A stretch of 64,000 bases of DNA, from positions 58,320 to 122,319 of the forward strand of contig JAQGDQ010000631.1 in NCBI GenBank assembly GCA_030141605.1, in the 5' to 3' direction. A model generated the notes under the pieces. It did no database searches and was not told the origin of the DNA. It worked only from the letters and a program-made list of their open reading frames with translations. Shown piece by piece: positions 1-11,509 of this stretch. Position 1 is the stretch's first letter. Each line of letters starts with the position of its first letter. Origin of the DNA: Tubiluchus corallicola. Taxonomy: Eukaryota > Animalia > Priapulida. The translations under genes were made by a program, and so were the position numbers.

Positions 1-567
1 CGCTGAGCTGCGCATAGTTTTGAAATTTAAAAAAAAATTAACTATGGAAGGTAATTATTATTCAGTCTAAGCTGTGGTTTAATTTTTAAAAAAGCTGTTG
101 TAATTTTCAATATTTTAGAGCATACTTTATTTGGGAACTAATGTCTATACAATCGTCTAAGTAGTAGACATCAACATAGTGACTTTTGGCACACCCAGTA
201 CGTTATTTTATTCGTCTCATTTAAATTTACACGTATAATAACATACAATGTTTCTTTAAGATGATAAACATTACATTGAGATGGGGTGGTAGAAAGGGGT
301 CGAGGGGTCACCTAGCAACCACCCCTATTTGTACGACAATCTTTATTTAATAAATCGAGTGACGCTATTAACAGCTTACTGCGAGACACGTATAAAAAAT
401 GTATGTATTATAAATTTATAATAATAATTGTATTAGTAACTAAAGAAATATATGTCTTTGTTATCAATATCTAAATTACTTGTTGATGTATGCAAAATGA
501 TAGATAAACTAAAATGAAAATGCCTTACACAATTATAGTTGAAACATTTTAGTCATACCTGGTTTAA

Positions 568-3500
568 TCCTTAGCCGTCCAATGTGGGGTAAAAATTACC
601 CAGGACTGTCTGCTCACATTTTTTATATTGCTGCAAACAACGAAATTTTCAAACAAGTAGTTTCAAACAATTTTCAAACATTTCATGCTGCGATGTTCTT
701 TTATGCTTTTATAGTTGTGAATATCGATTTATCATGATAAATAAAGATTATATATATATATATATAGTGATTAAATGTTTTTCAATTTGTTATGCAAGCA
801 AACCCTGGTTTTGTTGAAAAGCGAATGCAAAGGTTCTGTACAGGCGAGTGTACATGAAGCTGTACAGGTGAGTGTACATGAAGCTGTACAGGTGAGTGTA
901 CATGAAGCTGTACAGGTGAGTGTACATGAAGCTGTACAGGCGAGTGTACATGAAGCTGTACAGGTGAGTATACATGAAGCTGTACAGGTGACTAACCTTG
1001 AAGCTGTACAGGTGACTAACCTTGAAGCTGTACAGGTGACTGAGCTTGAAGCTGTACAGGTGACTAACCTTGAAGCTGTACAGGTGACTAACCTTGAAGC
1101 TGTACATGTGACTAAGCTTGAAGCTGTACATGTGACTAGGCTTGAAGCTGTACATGTGACTAAGCTTGAAGCTGTACATGTGACTAGGCTTGAAGCTGTA
1201 CATGTGACTAAGCTTGAAGCTGTACAGGTTACTAAGCTTGAAGCTGTACAGGTGACTAGGCTTGAAGCTGTACAGGTGACTAAGCTTGAAGCTGTACATT
1301 GACTGCAATGTACTGTTGCTTGAATACAGGTTCTGCTTGAAGCTGTACAGGTGACTAGGCTTGAAGCTGTACAGGTGACTAAGCTTGAAGCTGTACAGGT
1401 GACTAGGCTTGAAGCTGTACAGGTGACTAAGCTTGATGCTGTACAGGTGACTAGGCTTGATGCTGTACAGGTGACTAAGCTTGAAGCTGTACAGGTTACT
1501 AAGCTTGAAGCTGTACAGGTGACTAAGCTTGATGCTGTACAGGTGACTAGGCTTGATGCTGTACAGGTGACTGAGCTTGAAGCTGTACAGGTGACTAGGC
1601 TTGAAGCTGTACATGTGACTAAGCTTGAAGCTGTACAGGTTACTAAGCTTGAAGCTGTACAGGTGACTAGGCTTGAAGCTGTACAGGTGACTAAGCTTGA
1701 AGCTGTACAGGTGACTAGGCTTGAAGCTGTACAGGTGACTAAGCTTGATGCTGTACAGGTGACTAGGCTTGAAGCTGTAAGGTGACTAAGCTTGAGCTGT
1801 ACAGGTGACTAAGACTGGCTTGAAGCTGTACAGTGACTAGCTGAAGCTGTACGTGACTAGGCTTGAAGCTGTACAGTGACTAAGCTTGAAGCTGTACAGG
1901 TACTAAGCTTGAAGCTGTACAGGTGACTAGGCTTGAAGCTGTACAGGTGACTAAGCTTGAAGCTGTACAGGTGACTAGGCTTGAAGCTGTACAGGTGACT
2001 AGGCTTGAAGCTGTACAGGTGACTAGGCTTGAAGCTGTACAGGTGACTAAGCTTGAAGCTGTACAGGTGACTAGGCTTGAAGCTGTACAGGTGACTAAGC
2101 TTGAAGCTGTACAGGTGACTAAGCTTGAAGCTGTACAGGTGACTAAGCTTGAAGCTGTACAGGTGACTAGGCTTGAAGCTGTACATGTGACTAAGCTTGA
2201 AGCTGTACAGGTGACTAGGCTTGAAGCTGTACAGTGACTAGCTTGAAGCTGTACGGCTGAAGCTGTACAGTGACTAGCTTAAGCTGACAGTGACTAGCTT
2301 GAAGCTGTACGTGACTAAGCTTGAAGCTGTACAGGTGACTAAGCTTGAAGCTGTACAGGTGACTAAGCTTGAAGCTGTACAGGTGACTAGGCTTGAAGCT
2401 GTACAGGTGACTAAGCTTGAAGCTGTACAGGTGACTAAGCTTGAAGCTGTACAGGTGACTAGCTTGAGCTGTACGGTGACTAGCTTGAGCTGTGGTTAGC
2501 TTGAAGCTGTACAGGTGACTAGGCTTGAAGCTGTACAGGTGACTAAGCTTGAAGCTGTACAGGTGACTAGGCTTGAAGCTGTACAGGTGACTAAGCTTGA
2601 AGCTGTACAGGTTACTAAGCTTGAAGCTGTACAGGTGACTAAGCTTGATGCTGTACAGGTGACTAGGCTTGAAGCTGTACAGGTTACTAAGCTTGAAGCT
2701 GTACAGGTGACTAGGCTTGAAGCTGTACAGGTTACTAACTTGAAGCTGTACAGGTGACTAAGCTTGAAGCTGTACAGGTTACTAAGCTTGAAGCTGTACA
2801 GGTGACTAAGCTTGATGCTGTACAGGTGACTAGGCTTGAAGCTGTACAGGTTACTAAGCTTGAAGCTGTACAGGTGACTAGGCTTGAAGCTGTACAGGTG
2901 ACTAAGCTTGAAGCTGTACAGGTGACTAAGCTTGAAGCTGTACAGGTGACTAAGCTTGAAGCTGTACAGGTGACTAAGCTTGAAGCTGTACAGGTGACTA
3001 GGCTTGATGCTGTACAGGTGACTAAGCTTGAAGCTGTACAGGTTACTAAGCTTGAAGCTGTACAGGTGACTAAGCTTGATGCTGTACAGGTGACTAGGCT
3101 TGAAGCTGTACAGGTTACTAAGCTTGAAGCTGTACAGGTGACTAAGCTTGAAGCTGTACAGGTGACTGAGCTTGAAGCTGTACAGGTGACTAAGCTTGAA
3201 GCTGTACAGGTGACTAAGCTTGAAGCTGTACAGGTGACTAGGCTTGCAGCTGTACAGGTGACTAAGCTTGAAGCTGTACAGGTGACTAGGCTTGAAGCTG
3301 TACAGGTGACTAGGCTTGAAGCTGTACAGGTGACTAAGCTTGAAGCTGTACAGGTGACTAAGCTTGAAGCTGTACAGGTGACTAAGCTTGATGCTGTACA
3401 GGTGACTAAGCTTGAAGCTGTACATGTGACTAGGCTTGAAGCTGTACATGTGACTAAGCTTGAAGCTGTACAGGTTACTAAGCTTGAAGCTGTACAGGTG

Positions 3501-5381
3501 ACTAGGCTTGAAGCTGTACATGTGACTAGGCTTGAAGCTGTACATGTGACTAAGCTTGAAGCTGTACAGCTGACTAAGCTTGAAGCTGTACAGGTGACTA
3601 AGCTTGAAGCTGTACAGGTGACTAAGCTTGAAGCTGTACAGGTGACTAGGCTTGAAGCTGTACAGGTGACTAGGCTTGAAGCTGTACAGGTGACTAAGCT
3701 TGGTGCTGTACAGGTGACTAAGCTTGAAGCTGTACAGGTGACTAGGCTTGAAGCTGTACAGGTGACTAAGCGTGAAGCTGTACAGGTGACTAAGCTTGAA
3801 GCTGTACAGGTGACTAAGCTTGAAGCTGTACAGGTGACTAGGCTTGAAGCTGTACAGGTGACTAAGCTTGAAGCTGTACAGGTGACTAAGCTTGAAGCTG
3901 TACAGGTGACTAAGCTTGAAGCTGTACAGGTGACTAAGCTTGAAGCTGTACATGTGACTAGGCTTGAAGCTGTACAGGTGACTAAGCTTGAAGCTGTACA
4001 GGTGACTAGGCTTGAAGCTGTACAGGTGACTAAGCTTGAAGCTGTACAGGTGACTAAGCTTGAAGCTGTACAGGTGACTAGGCTTGAAGCTGTACAGGTG
4101 ACTAAGCTTGAAGCTGTACAGGTGACTAAGCTTGAAGCTGTACAGGTGACTAAGCTTGAAGCTGTACAGGTGACTAGGCTTGAAGCTGTACAGGTGACTA
4201 AGCTTGAAGCTGTACAGGTGACTAAGCTTGAAGCTGTACAGGTGACTAGGCTTGAAGCTGTACAGGTGACTAAGCTTGAAGCTGTACAGGTGACTAAGCT
4301 TGAAGCTGTACAGGTGACTAAGCTTGAAGCTGTACAGGTGACTAAGCTTGAAGCTGTACAGGTGACTAAGCTTGAAGCTGTACAGGTGACTAAGCTTGAA
4401 GCTGTACAGGTGACTAAGCTTGAAGCTGTACAGGTGACTAGGCTTGAAGCTGTACAGGTGATAGCTTGAAGCTGTGCTTGAAGCTGTACAGGTGACTAGG
4501 CTTGAAGCTGTACAGTGACTAGCTGAAGCTGTACAGGTGACTAAGCTTGAGCTGTACAGGTGACTAGCTGAGCTGTCAGGTGATAGGCTTGAAGTGTAGT
4601 GACTAAGCTTTGACATGACTAGCTTGAAGCTGTACAGGTGACTAAGCTTGAAGCTGTACAGGTGACTAAGCTTGAAGCTGTACAGGTGACTAAGCTTGAA
4701 GCTGTACAGGTGACTGAGCTTGAAGCTGTACAGGTGATTAAGCTTGAAGCTGTACAGGTGACTAAGCTTGATGCTGTACAGGTGACTAAGCTTGAAGCTG
4801 TACAGGTGACTAGGCTTGAAGCTGTACATGTGACTAAGCTTGAAGCTGTACAGGTGACTAAGCTTGAAGCTGTACATGTGACTAAGCTTGAAGCTGTACA
4901 GGTGACTAGGCTTGAAGCTGTACAGGTGACTAAGCTTGAAGCTGTACAGGTGACTAAGCTTGAAGCTGTACAGGTGACTAAGCTTGAAGCTGTACAGGCG
5001 ACTGAGCTTGAAGCTGTACAGGTGACTAAGCTTGAAGCTGATGAAGATGAAATTTTAGAAGATCTAGCAAGTGAAGACGAAATGGATGTCTTAAAATTAA
5101 ACAGTGAACATCGTTATTCAATTATGAAAAAATTCACAAGACTTGAAAAACCAAACATAAACAATATAGTGCAATAGTGGAAAGCCTCTTTTTGTACTTG
5201 ATGCCCTCATATATCTATGCCAACTTGCCACAGAACTTGGTTTTGTACTAATAGGAGAACCTCAATTACCAGTTGGTCATTCTGTCCAGTTAGTAACACA
5301 CATTAAGAAAAACTTTCATGGGGTAATTTTTGCCCAGCTTGGTCATTATTGTAATATAAAAACTCCTTGGTCGGCTAAGGG
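568..5381. mobile_element. Non-autonomous piggyBac-like element carrying an expanded 24-bp minisatellite
   Basis: TTAA (564-567) then TCCTTAGCCGTCCAA at the left end; TTGGTCGGCTAAGGG then TTAA (5382-5385) at the right end. Subterminal TGGGGTAAAAATTACCCA / TGGGGTAATTTTTGCCCA. Both ends are homologous to 19900-20707. A TTAA target with CCY...RGG termini is the piggyBac hallmark. Confidence 0.85.
838..5040. repeat. 24-bp minisatellite (GCTGTACAGGTGACTAAGCTTGAA), about 175 units
   Basis: Directly visible. Variant units GTGAGTGTACAT and ACTAACCTT occur at the left edge. Indel-rich patches lie near 1780-1910, 2230-2310, 2460-2500 and 4460-4620. Confidence 0.98.
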
Positions 5382-5537
5382 TTAATTAAAGGACTCATAG
5401 AGGTTTTGACTGGCATGTCTTATTTTGCACTACAAAGTCCAACAAATGCCAAGGCTGCTAAGTCAATTTAATAATGTTTGAAACAACCCAAAGTGCATTT
5501 TTATACCAAGAGAATTTGATTTTTCCTTCAGTTTAGA

Positions 5538-5890
5538 TCGCCTGGCGACAATGATTTTGGACCAATTATCGAACGCCACGTTTTAACGGCTTAATTTCGA
5601 CAAAATTTTCCCGGAAAAACCGCATCCTGGCGATCGTAAAGGATCGGTTGATCTCGTAAACGAAACTAATCTCGCGAATTTTTCTCCTGTTAAAGTGGGA
5701 AAACCGGGATAAGCGGGGCATTTATCCGGGCGCTGGGAATCCGGTGCTGTCTGCAGTGGAGAGAAAACTAAAAGTTGCCAAAAGTGAAACGTTTTCTTAT
5801 TAAAATGATATGTTCTATAGTCTGGCTTCCACAATGCAGTTAAATTAACTAGGAAGCCAGGTCGTGGTAAAATTTGAGTGTCCCAGGCTA
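5538..5890. mobile_element. Possible short MITE with imperfect TIRs
   Basis: GC-richer block bounded by TCGCCTGGCGACA and TGTCCCAGGCTA (reverse complement TAGCCTGGGACA). No clear TSD. Confidence 0.35.
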
Positions 5891-5977
5891 ACAATACCAT
5901 TAGATGTATTATTGGCGTTATTATGTTCTTATCATTTTGCGTTCTGAAACTGTAGAACGCTTACGTCACGAAGTACA

Positions 5978-6557
5978 TTGAAATCATCTCACAATACAAG
6001 TAAATATTCTGCCACCCCTTTAAGAAACTCCATGAAAATCCCGATATTAGAAGCCCACAGAGATGATAAAATTCTCCTGTTTCTCTATAAATATATCAAC
6101 AATATTAATTCTCCTTTCAAAAACAATAAGCTCCCACTCCTTGATAACCCCAGTATGAATAACAGAACACTAAATTTCAGAAACATTGGAACGAACAATC
6201 AATATGGAAAGAATTCCATTACTAAGCAAGGAATACAACTTTGGAATTCATTAAAGACATCACTAAAACACAGCAGCTCTTTATCAATATTAAAGTCTAA
6301 ATTAAAAAAAAACATTTAATGACTCGTTTTGAATATCCGACATACGAACACGATGATACTTACTCAAATCATAATTTCATTTTACCTAGACCTTACTAAA
6401 CTAGTTTATATTTTATTTTTGAATTTCTAGTTGCACTTATAGTTTAGCTTGCACCAGACGCATTTGCCCAGAACAGTGTATGTTTTTATATGAACTAACA
6501 CTGATTGTCTGTCTTTTATTATGATGGTCAATGTTTTAAAATGGCAAATAAAGATTT
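5978..6557 (+). mobile_element. 5'-truncated CR1/L2-type LINE 3' fragment
   Basis: ORF ends GKNSITKQGIQLWNSLKTSLKHSSSLSILKSKLK, matching the W-N-x-L...K-x-K-L-K C-terminus typical of CR1/L2-group ORF2. Followed by an AT-rich 3' UTR, AATAAA near 6548 and a (TAC)n tail. Confidence 0.7.
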
Positions 6558-6741
<184 letters not shown>

Positions 6742-7019
6742 AGTTCTTCTCATAATTACTTCGCGTTTGATAGCCTTAACATAAACTTAAATTTAACTTG
6801 ACATGTGCTAAGAACAACACCTGGTATTGATTTTCCCTTTAATTAAATATTACATCTTTTGTCATCATTTGACATCATTTGTCATCATTTTCATCATTAT
6901 AAATAATTTTTAATCTCATTGCCTCCTTTTCTAGGCTTCTTAAACTATTAAAATAGGTTAACGTTCCCTCAAATCTTACTGTACTTATTGGCTTCTGAAT
7001 GGCCTTTTACATTAATTGT

Positions 7020-7550
7020 TGTTGTTGTTGTCATCCTTCTGTCTCGGAAGACAATGGAGTGTGCGCCAAAAGAGTCAGTTATTGATCACATTGATGGAGC
7101 TGCAGCGTCGACTGTGGCTGAGCAGTGCGATCCATGAACGTCTCCAGGGTGCACGCCTGGGCAAGGTGTATGGAGATCCTGAGTTGCCCTGACAACAGGA
7201 ACCCCCTCTCTTTATCGCTGGTGTAGTCCAAAAGAAAGCGGAGCGATACGTTTGGCACCAGGTTGGCTGCAGGAGCTGCCGGAGTCAGTGAGCATGCTGC
7301 ACTGGTCTGCCTTCGGGGCTCCACTTCTGATTTGGAAGGTTTACTCCTCTACACATCGCCGTTGGGTCACTTGACCCCCTCCGCCCTCTAGCCGTTTGCT
7401 TGTGCAGCTCCTCCGCCTAGGGCATCCCGCAAGCCTACAGCACCTGGTATTATTACGCGGTCACCCATCCAAGTACTAACAAGGCTCTACGTTGCTTAAC
7501 TTCGGTGATCAGACAAGAACCGGTGTTTTCAACTAGATATGGCCGTAGTA
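7020..7550 (-). mobile_element. 5S rRNA-headed SINE with RTE-like 3' end, copy 1
   Basis: Reverse-complement 5S head at about 7432-7549, body shared with the 45.4 kb and 49 kb copies, (CAA)n tail, perfect 14-bp TSD TTTACATTAATTGT (7006-7019 and 7551-7564). Confidence 0.92.
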
Positions 7551-7805
7551 TTTACATTAATTGTGCTGCACTTTTCTGTATTTAAGCTGTGGAACACAGG
7601 CCTACCTTGAACATTTAGACCTGTAAGTGACCCAAGTTAATTGTTAATTGACTTGTTAATATTTATGTTACTTGATTCTATGATTGTATATCATAAATAA
7701 TAAGATCAAAAAATGATTTGGATGGATTTATGAAAACTAAAAGGGAAAGGAAAAAATAAGTTCTAACTTTTATTGTAGTTTTATTGCTTTATATGTATGT
7801 ATAAT

Positions 7806-7837
<32 letters not shown>

Positions 7838-8029
7838 CTTTTTACAAAGTCGGCTTTTGGGTCAATGTATAATGTATTTCATATGTATATATATATATAT
7901 ATATATGTATGTATATGTATTTCATATATTAGTATGAATAATGTATTTCATACTAATGTGTGCAAATTTTATATGTAACATGTAATTAACTCGTTGAATA
8001 AAGAAATAATTTTCTACTAAAAATGCTAT

Positions 8030-8345
8030 TATTAATAACTTGCTGTACAATACTGACGGAAAATTAGACCGAATATTTTTAAGTCTAATTTTCCACCAAA
8101 TATTTGCAAAGAATTTTATTTTCCCATTGTGTATATACGAAATTCAGAACGTTAGATTTACGGAAACTTAAAAAAAACAGCTTACCAACTTCAAATAAAA
8201 ATGGTAAACAGCCTTTTTATACGTTTCCATAAATCTAACGCTCGGAATTTAGCATACACATAATCGGCAAATAAAATTCTTTGCGCGACTTAAAAATGTT
8301 CGGTTTAAAATTGCTGCAGTGTATTGTACAGCAAAGTTAACAATT
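8030..8345. mobile_element. Palindromic foldback/MITE-like element
   Basis: Diverged inverted arms of about 130 bp: TTGCTGTACAATAC...GCAAAGAATTTTATTT...CGTTAGATTTACGGAAAC versus GTTTCCATAAATCTAACG...AAATAAAATTCTTTGC...GTATTGTACAGCAA. Confidence 0.7.
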
Positions 8346-8669
8346 ATTCATCAATGAACGGCATTAATGAAACATGAAAACACTCTCGGTTGACGTGTAC
8401 TGACACGATTGTTTACAAACTCTGAAATGTTTGCCGAGGAAATACCGCTGTACAGAACGTGCAGCTCAAAGTTCAAGTAATTTAGACGTCAGATGTGTGT
8501 GGTACGTCCACTTTCGTACGTGGACAAGATGTGTTCCGTTTTATGCATTTTAGTTTTACGGTTGACAGAAACACAAACAACGCTGCGATGTCTTAGGGAG
8601 AGTTTTAGAAAATCTCTCCGAAAATTTTAAATTTCCATGTGAACATGTGATTACTGGTGCTCTGCGTTA

Positions 8670-9488
8670 TTCGAAGTATTGATTTTGCTTCAGTAGATAG
8701 TTTATATTGAGTTTTTCAATGATCACTAGTGCTTGGTGATCTTCAACGTATTGATTTTGCTTCAGTATGTAGTTTATATTGAGTTTTTCAATGATCACTA
8801 GTGCTTGGTGATCTTCAACGTATTGATTCTGCTTCAGCATGTAGTTTATATTGAGTTTTTCAATGATCACTGGTGCTTGGTGATCTTCAATGTATTGATT
8901 TTCCTTCAGTATGTAGCTTACATTGAATTTTTCAATGATCACTTGTGCTTGGTGTTATTCAATGTATTGATTTTGCTTCAGTATGCAGCTTATATTGAAT
9001 TTTTCAATGATCACTTGTGCTTGGTGTTATTCAATGTATTGATTTTGCTTCAGTATGTAGCTTATATTGAATTTTTCAATGATCACTTGTGCTTGGTGTT
9101 ATTCAATGTATTGATTTTGCTTCAGTATGTAGCTTACATTGAATTTTTCAATGATCACTGGTGCTTGGTGTTCTTCGATGTATTGATTTTGCTTCAGTAT
9201 GTAGTTTATATTGAGTTTTTTAATTATCACTGGTGCTTGGTGTTCTTCGATGTATTGATTCTGCTTCAGTATGTTGTTTATATTGATTTTTTTAATGATC
9301 ACTGGTGCTTTGATGCTTGGTATTCTTCGATGTATTGATTTTGCTTCAGTATGTAGCTTATATTGAGTTTTTTAATGATTACTAGTGCTTGGTGTTCTTC
9401 GATGTATTGATTCTGCTTCAGTATGTTGTTTATATTGATTTTTTTAATGATCACTGGTGCTTGGTGTTCTTCGATGTATTGATTTTGA
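8670..9488. repeat. 72-bp minisatellite, about 11 units
   Basis: Unit approximately TTCAATGATCACTGGTGCTTGGTGTTCTTCAATGTATTGATTTTGCTTCAGTATGTAGCTTATATTGAATTT. The ORF track shows a 24-aa periodicity here. Confidence 0.95.
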
Positions 9489-9607
9489 CTATGAAGCTAC
9501 AGATGAACTACTCAAGTAAAAGACTAGTTTTAGTTGAACATAACTATAACTATGGCGTAGTTAGAACCCAGTTTCTCGGCTTTCATTTCAATGATTTTAG
9601 AATAAAA

Positions 9608-9637
9608 TCTAACTGTTTTATCATGTTTTTGTTACAG
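9608..9637 (+). other. Probable splice acceptor upstream of the LRR coding exon
   Basis: Branch-point-like TCTAAC, T-rich tract TGTTTTTGTTACAG, AG at 9636-9637, 22 nt before the ATG at 9660. Confidence 0.6.
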
Positions 9638-9659
9638 ACGTGGACAAGCTTGTACGGAT

Positions 9660-10859
9660 ATGCCTGAATTTCGTCTAAACTTGGGACAAAGGGCTTGCTT
9701 CTTGGCGAGCAAACTTGTAGCTGTTCTTGTGTTTGTCCAAAGTGCTTCTACTTGCCCAGCCAATTGCAATTGTGAGGTGAATGGCAACCTGAATTGTGTC
9801 AATGCAGATCTGGTGACCATACCGGCCATTCCGACCATGTACAAGAACGTGACTTTGACCGGAAACAGTATTAAGACAGTTCCACAGGATTCGTTCCACG
9901 GAAGAAGTTTAAACTACCTCAAACTGGACAACAACAGTATTCAATTTATTGAACCATTTGCCTTCCGTAGCCTTACAGAAACAGGAGAATTGAGTTTAAC
10001 TAACAATGAAATAATGGCGCTGGACCCCTCTTCTTTGGGTGGCATATATAAACTCAATAGGTTAGACCTGCGTTGGAATAACATAAGTCATATCGGTCAC
10101 GACTCCTTCATGGGCAGCAGAGATATCAGCAAAATTCTTCTTACGAATAACCCCATTCGGACAATCGACCACGGCGCATTTGCTGGACTGAATAACGTAG
10201 AAGACTTTCAAATTTCGGTTCCTTACTTGAAGGAGCTGAGCAAAGGAACGTTTGATAGAATGAGCGACATAGGAACGTTGGAGATAAGTAAAGGTGATGA
10301 CCTTCGACTTGTGAGTAAGGCATTTAGTGGACTTTCGCACGTTGAAACGTTGATCATTGCAAACAGCAACATATCTAGCATAAACCCGGAAGTGTTTGTC
10401 GGAATAACAGATGTTGATCGAGTATTGATCAGGGACTGTGTTATCGATCGAATCTATCCTAGAGCGTTTTCTGGAATGGGTAGTTCCGGTGACGTCGGGG
10501 CCCTGGAAATAGTATCGTCCGTCATAAAGCGAATTGACGTTGACGCTTTTGAGGACATCGGTACGAATACCCAAGTGATCATCTCAAAGGGTGTCATCTA
10601 TTCGCTACCAGGTGGCACTTTTAACTCTCCAAGCATGTTTGTAAGAGAAAACTACCTCCCCTGCAACTGTTTTAGCGAGAGATTAAAAGCGGAGGATATC
10701 ATACGCAGCAACAATTGGTGCGGTGACCATGCAGAGGGCGCTTCTCATCTTGGCCCGTCTGCAAAGTACACGTGTTCTTCAGCAGTGCGCCCTCTTGCGG
10801 ACAGTTTATACTTATTGATTTTCCTCATTCTGACGACAGTGTTACGTCATAGTATGTGA
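9660..10859 (+). CDS. Extracellular leucine-rich-repeat protein (signal peptide, LRRNT, about 11 LRRs, LRRCT-like cap, probable GPI signal), 399 aa
   Basis: Hydrophobic signal (LVAVLVFVQSAS); LRRNT CPANCNC...C; 24-aa LRRs such as LNYLKLDNNSIQFIEPFAFRSL and LNRLDLRWNNISHIGHDSF; cap NYLPCNC...WC...C; C-terminal SSA, spacer, then hydrophobic LYLLIFLILTTVL with no cytoplasmic domain. Uninterrupted ORF with higher GC than its flanks. Confidence 0.93.
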   Translation: MPEFRLNLGQRACFLASKLVAVLVFVQSASTCPANCNCEVNGNLNCVNADLVTIPAIPTMYKNVTLTGNSIKTVPQDSFHGRSLNYLKLDNNSIQFIEPFAFRSLTETGELSLTNNEIMALDPSSLGGIYKLNRLDLRWNNISHIGHDSFMGSRDISKILLTNNPIRTIDHGAFAGLNNVEDFQISVPYLKELSKGTFDRMSDIGTLEISKGDDLRLVSKAFSGLSHVETLIIANSNISSINPEVFVGITDVDRVLIRDCVIDRIYPRAFSGMGSSGDVGALEIVSSVIKRIDVDAFEDIGTNTQVIISKGVIYSLPGGTFNSPSMFVRENYLPCNCFSERLKAEDIIRSNNWCGDHAEGASHLGPSAKYTCSSAVRPLADSLYLLIFLILTTVLRHSM

Positions 10860-11134
10860 AAGAAACAAGCATACTAAAATGCAGATGAAATTGTGCAATG
10901 TTTCATAACTTATGAAAACGAGTAACTAATTTTTTTGAATCAATGTTGTAATCTGTTTGGAATAAAACAAATATTGTGTAAATGTGAGGCAAAGGTGTTT
11001 CCTTACACAAAGCTAAATCACTGCTGCATGTTATACTTGAAACTGTATTCTGTGCAGATGGAGGTTGCACAAGCATTGAGGGTAGTTGGGCGAAAGATTG
11101 CATTTCCCCACGCACAAGAAATTGGTACTTGAAG

Positions 11135-11470
11135 ATGATTTTAGGATTAAGGTTAGGTTGGATTAGGGATAGGTTTAGTGTTAGGGTTAGGGTTAGTGTT
11201 AGAGTTAGGGTTAGGATTAGGGTTGGAATCAGAGTTAGGACTAGAATAGGGTTAGGGTTAAGCTTAGGGTTAGGTTTAGTGTCAGGGTTAGGGTTAAGGT
11301 TGGGGTTCGGGTTAGAGTTGGGGTCCGAGTTAGTGGGATAGGTTTAGAGTTAGGGTTAGGCTTAACGTTGGGGTTGGGGTTGGGATAAGTGCTGGGTAGG
11401 ATAGGGATAGGGTTAGGATTGGATTATGGTTGGGGTTAGGGTTGGGTTTGGTTAGGGTTAAGGTCAGGGT
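11135..11470 (+). repeat. Degenerate TTAGGG-like interstitial repeat
   Basis: GTTAGGGTTAGGGTTAG with variants TTGGGG, ATAGGG and TTAGAG in 6-bp register. Confidence 0.85.
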
Positions 11471-11509
11471 ATCTAACTTGAGTGAGAGAATATAACTTTT
11501 TCCATTATT

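Noticed and set aside
838-5040. CRISPR-like appearance of the 24-, 37-, 48-, 67-, 72- and 81-bp arrays
   Set aside because: Units are head-to-tail with no unique spacers, there are no cas genes, and the context is eukaryotic.
775-5177. Long ORFs on both strands (up to 793 aa) in the 24-bp array
   Set aside because: They follow from a stop-free 24-bp unit inside a MITE, and there is no independent evidence of coding.
8667-9338. 72-bp unit equals the 24-aa LRR period, suggesting donor LRR cassettes
   Set aside because: The translations (IEKLNINYILKQNQY..., LILLQYVAYIEFF...) do not fit LxxLxLxxNxL and show no visible similarity to the adjacent gene.
11135-11470. True telomere or chromosome end
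   Set aside because: Short, highly degenerate and internal.
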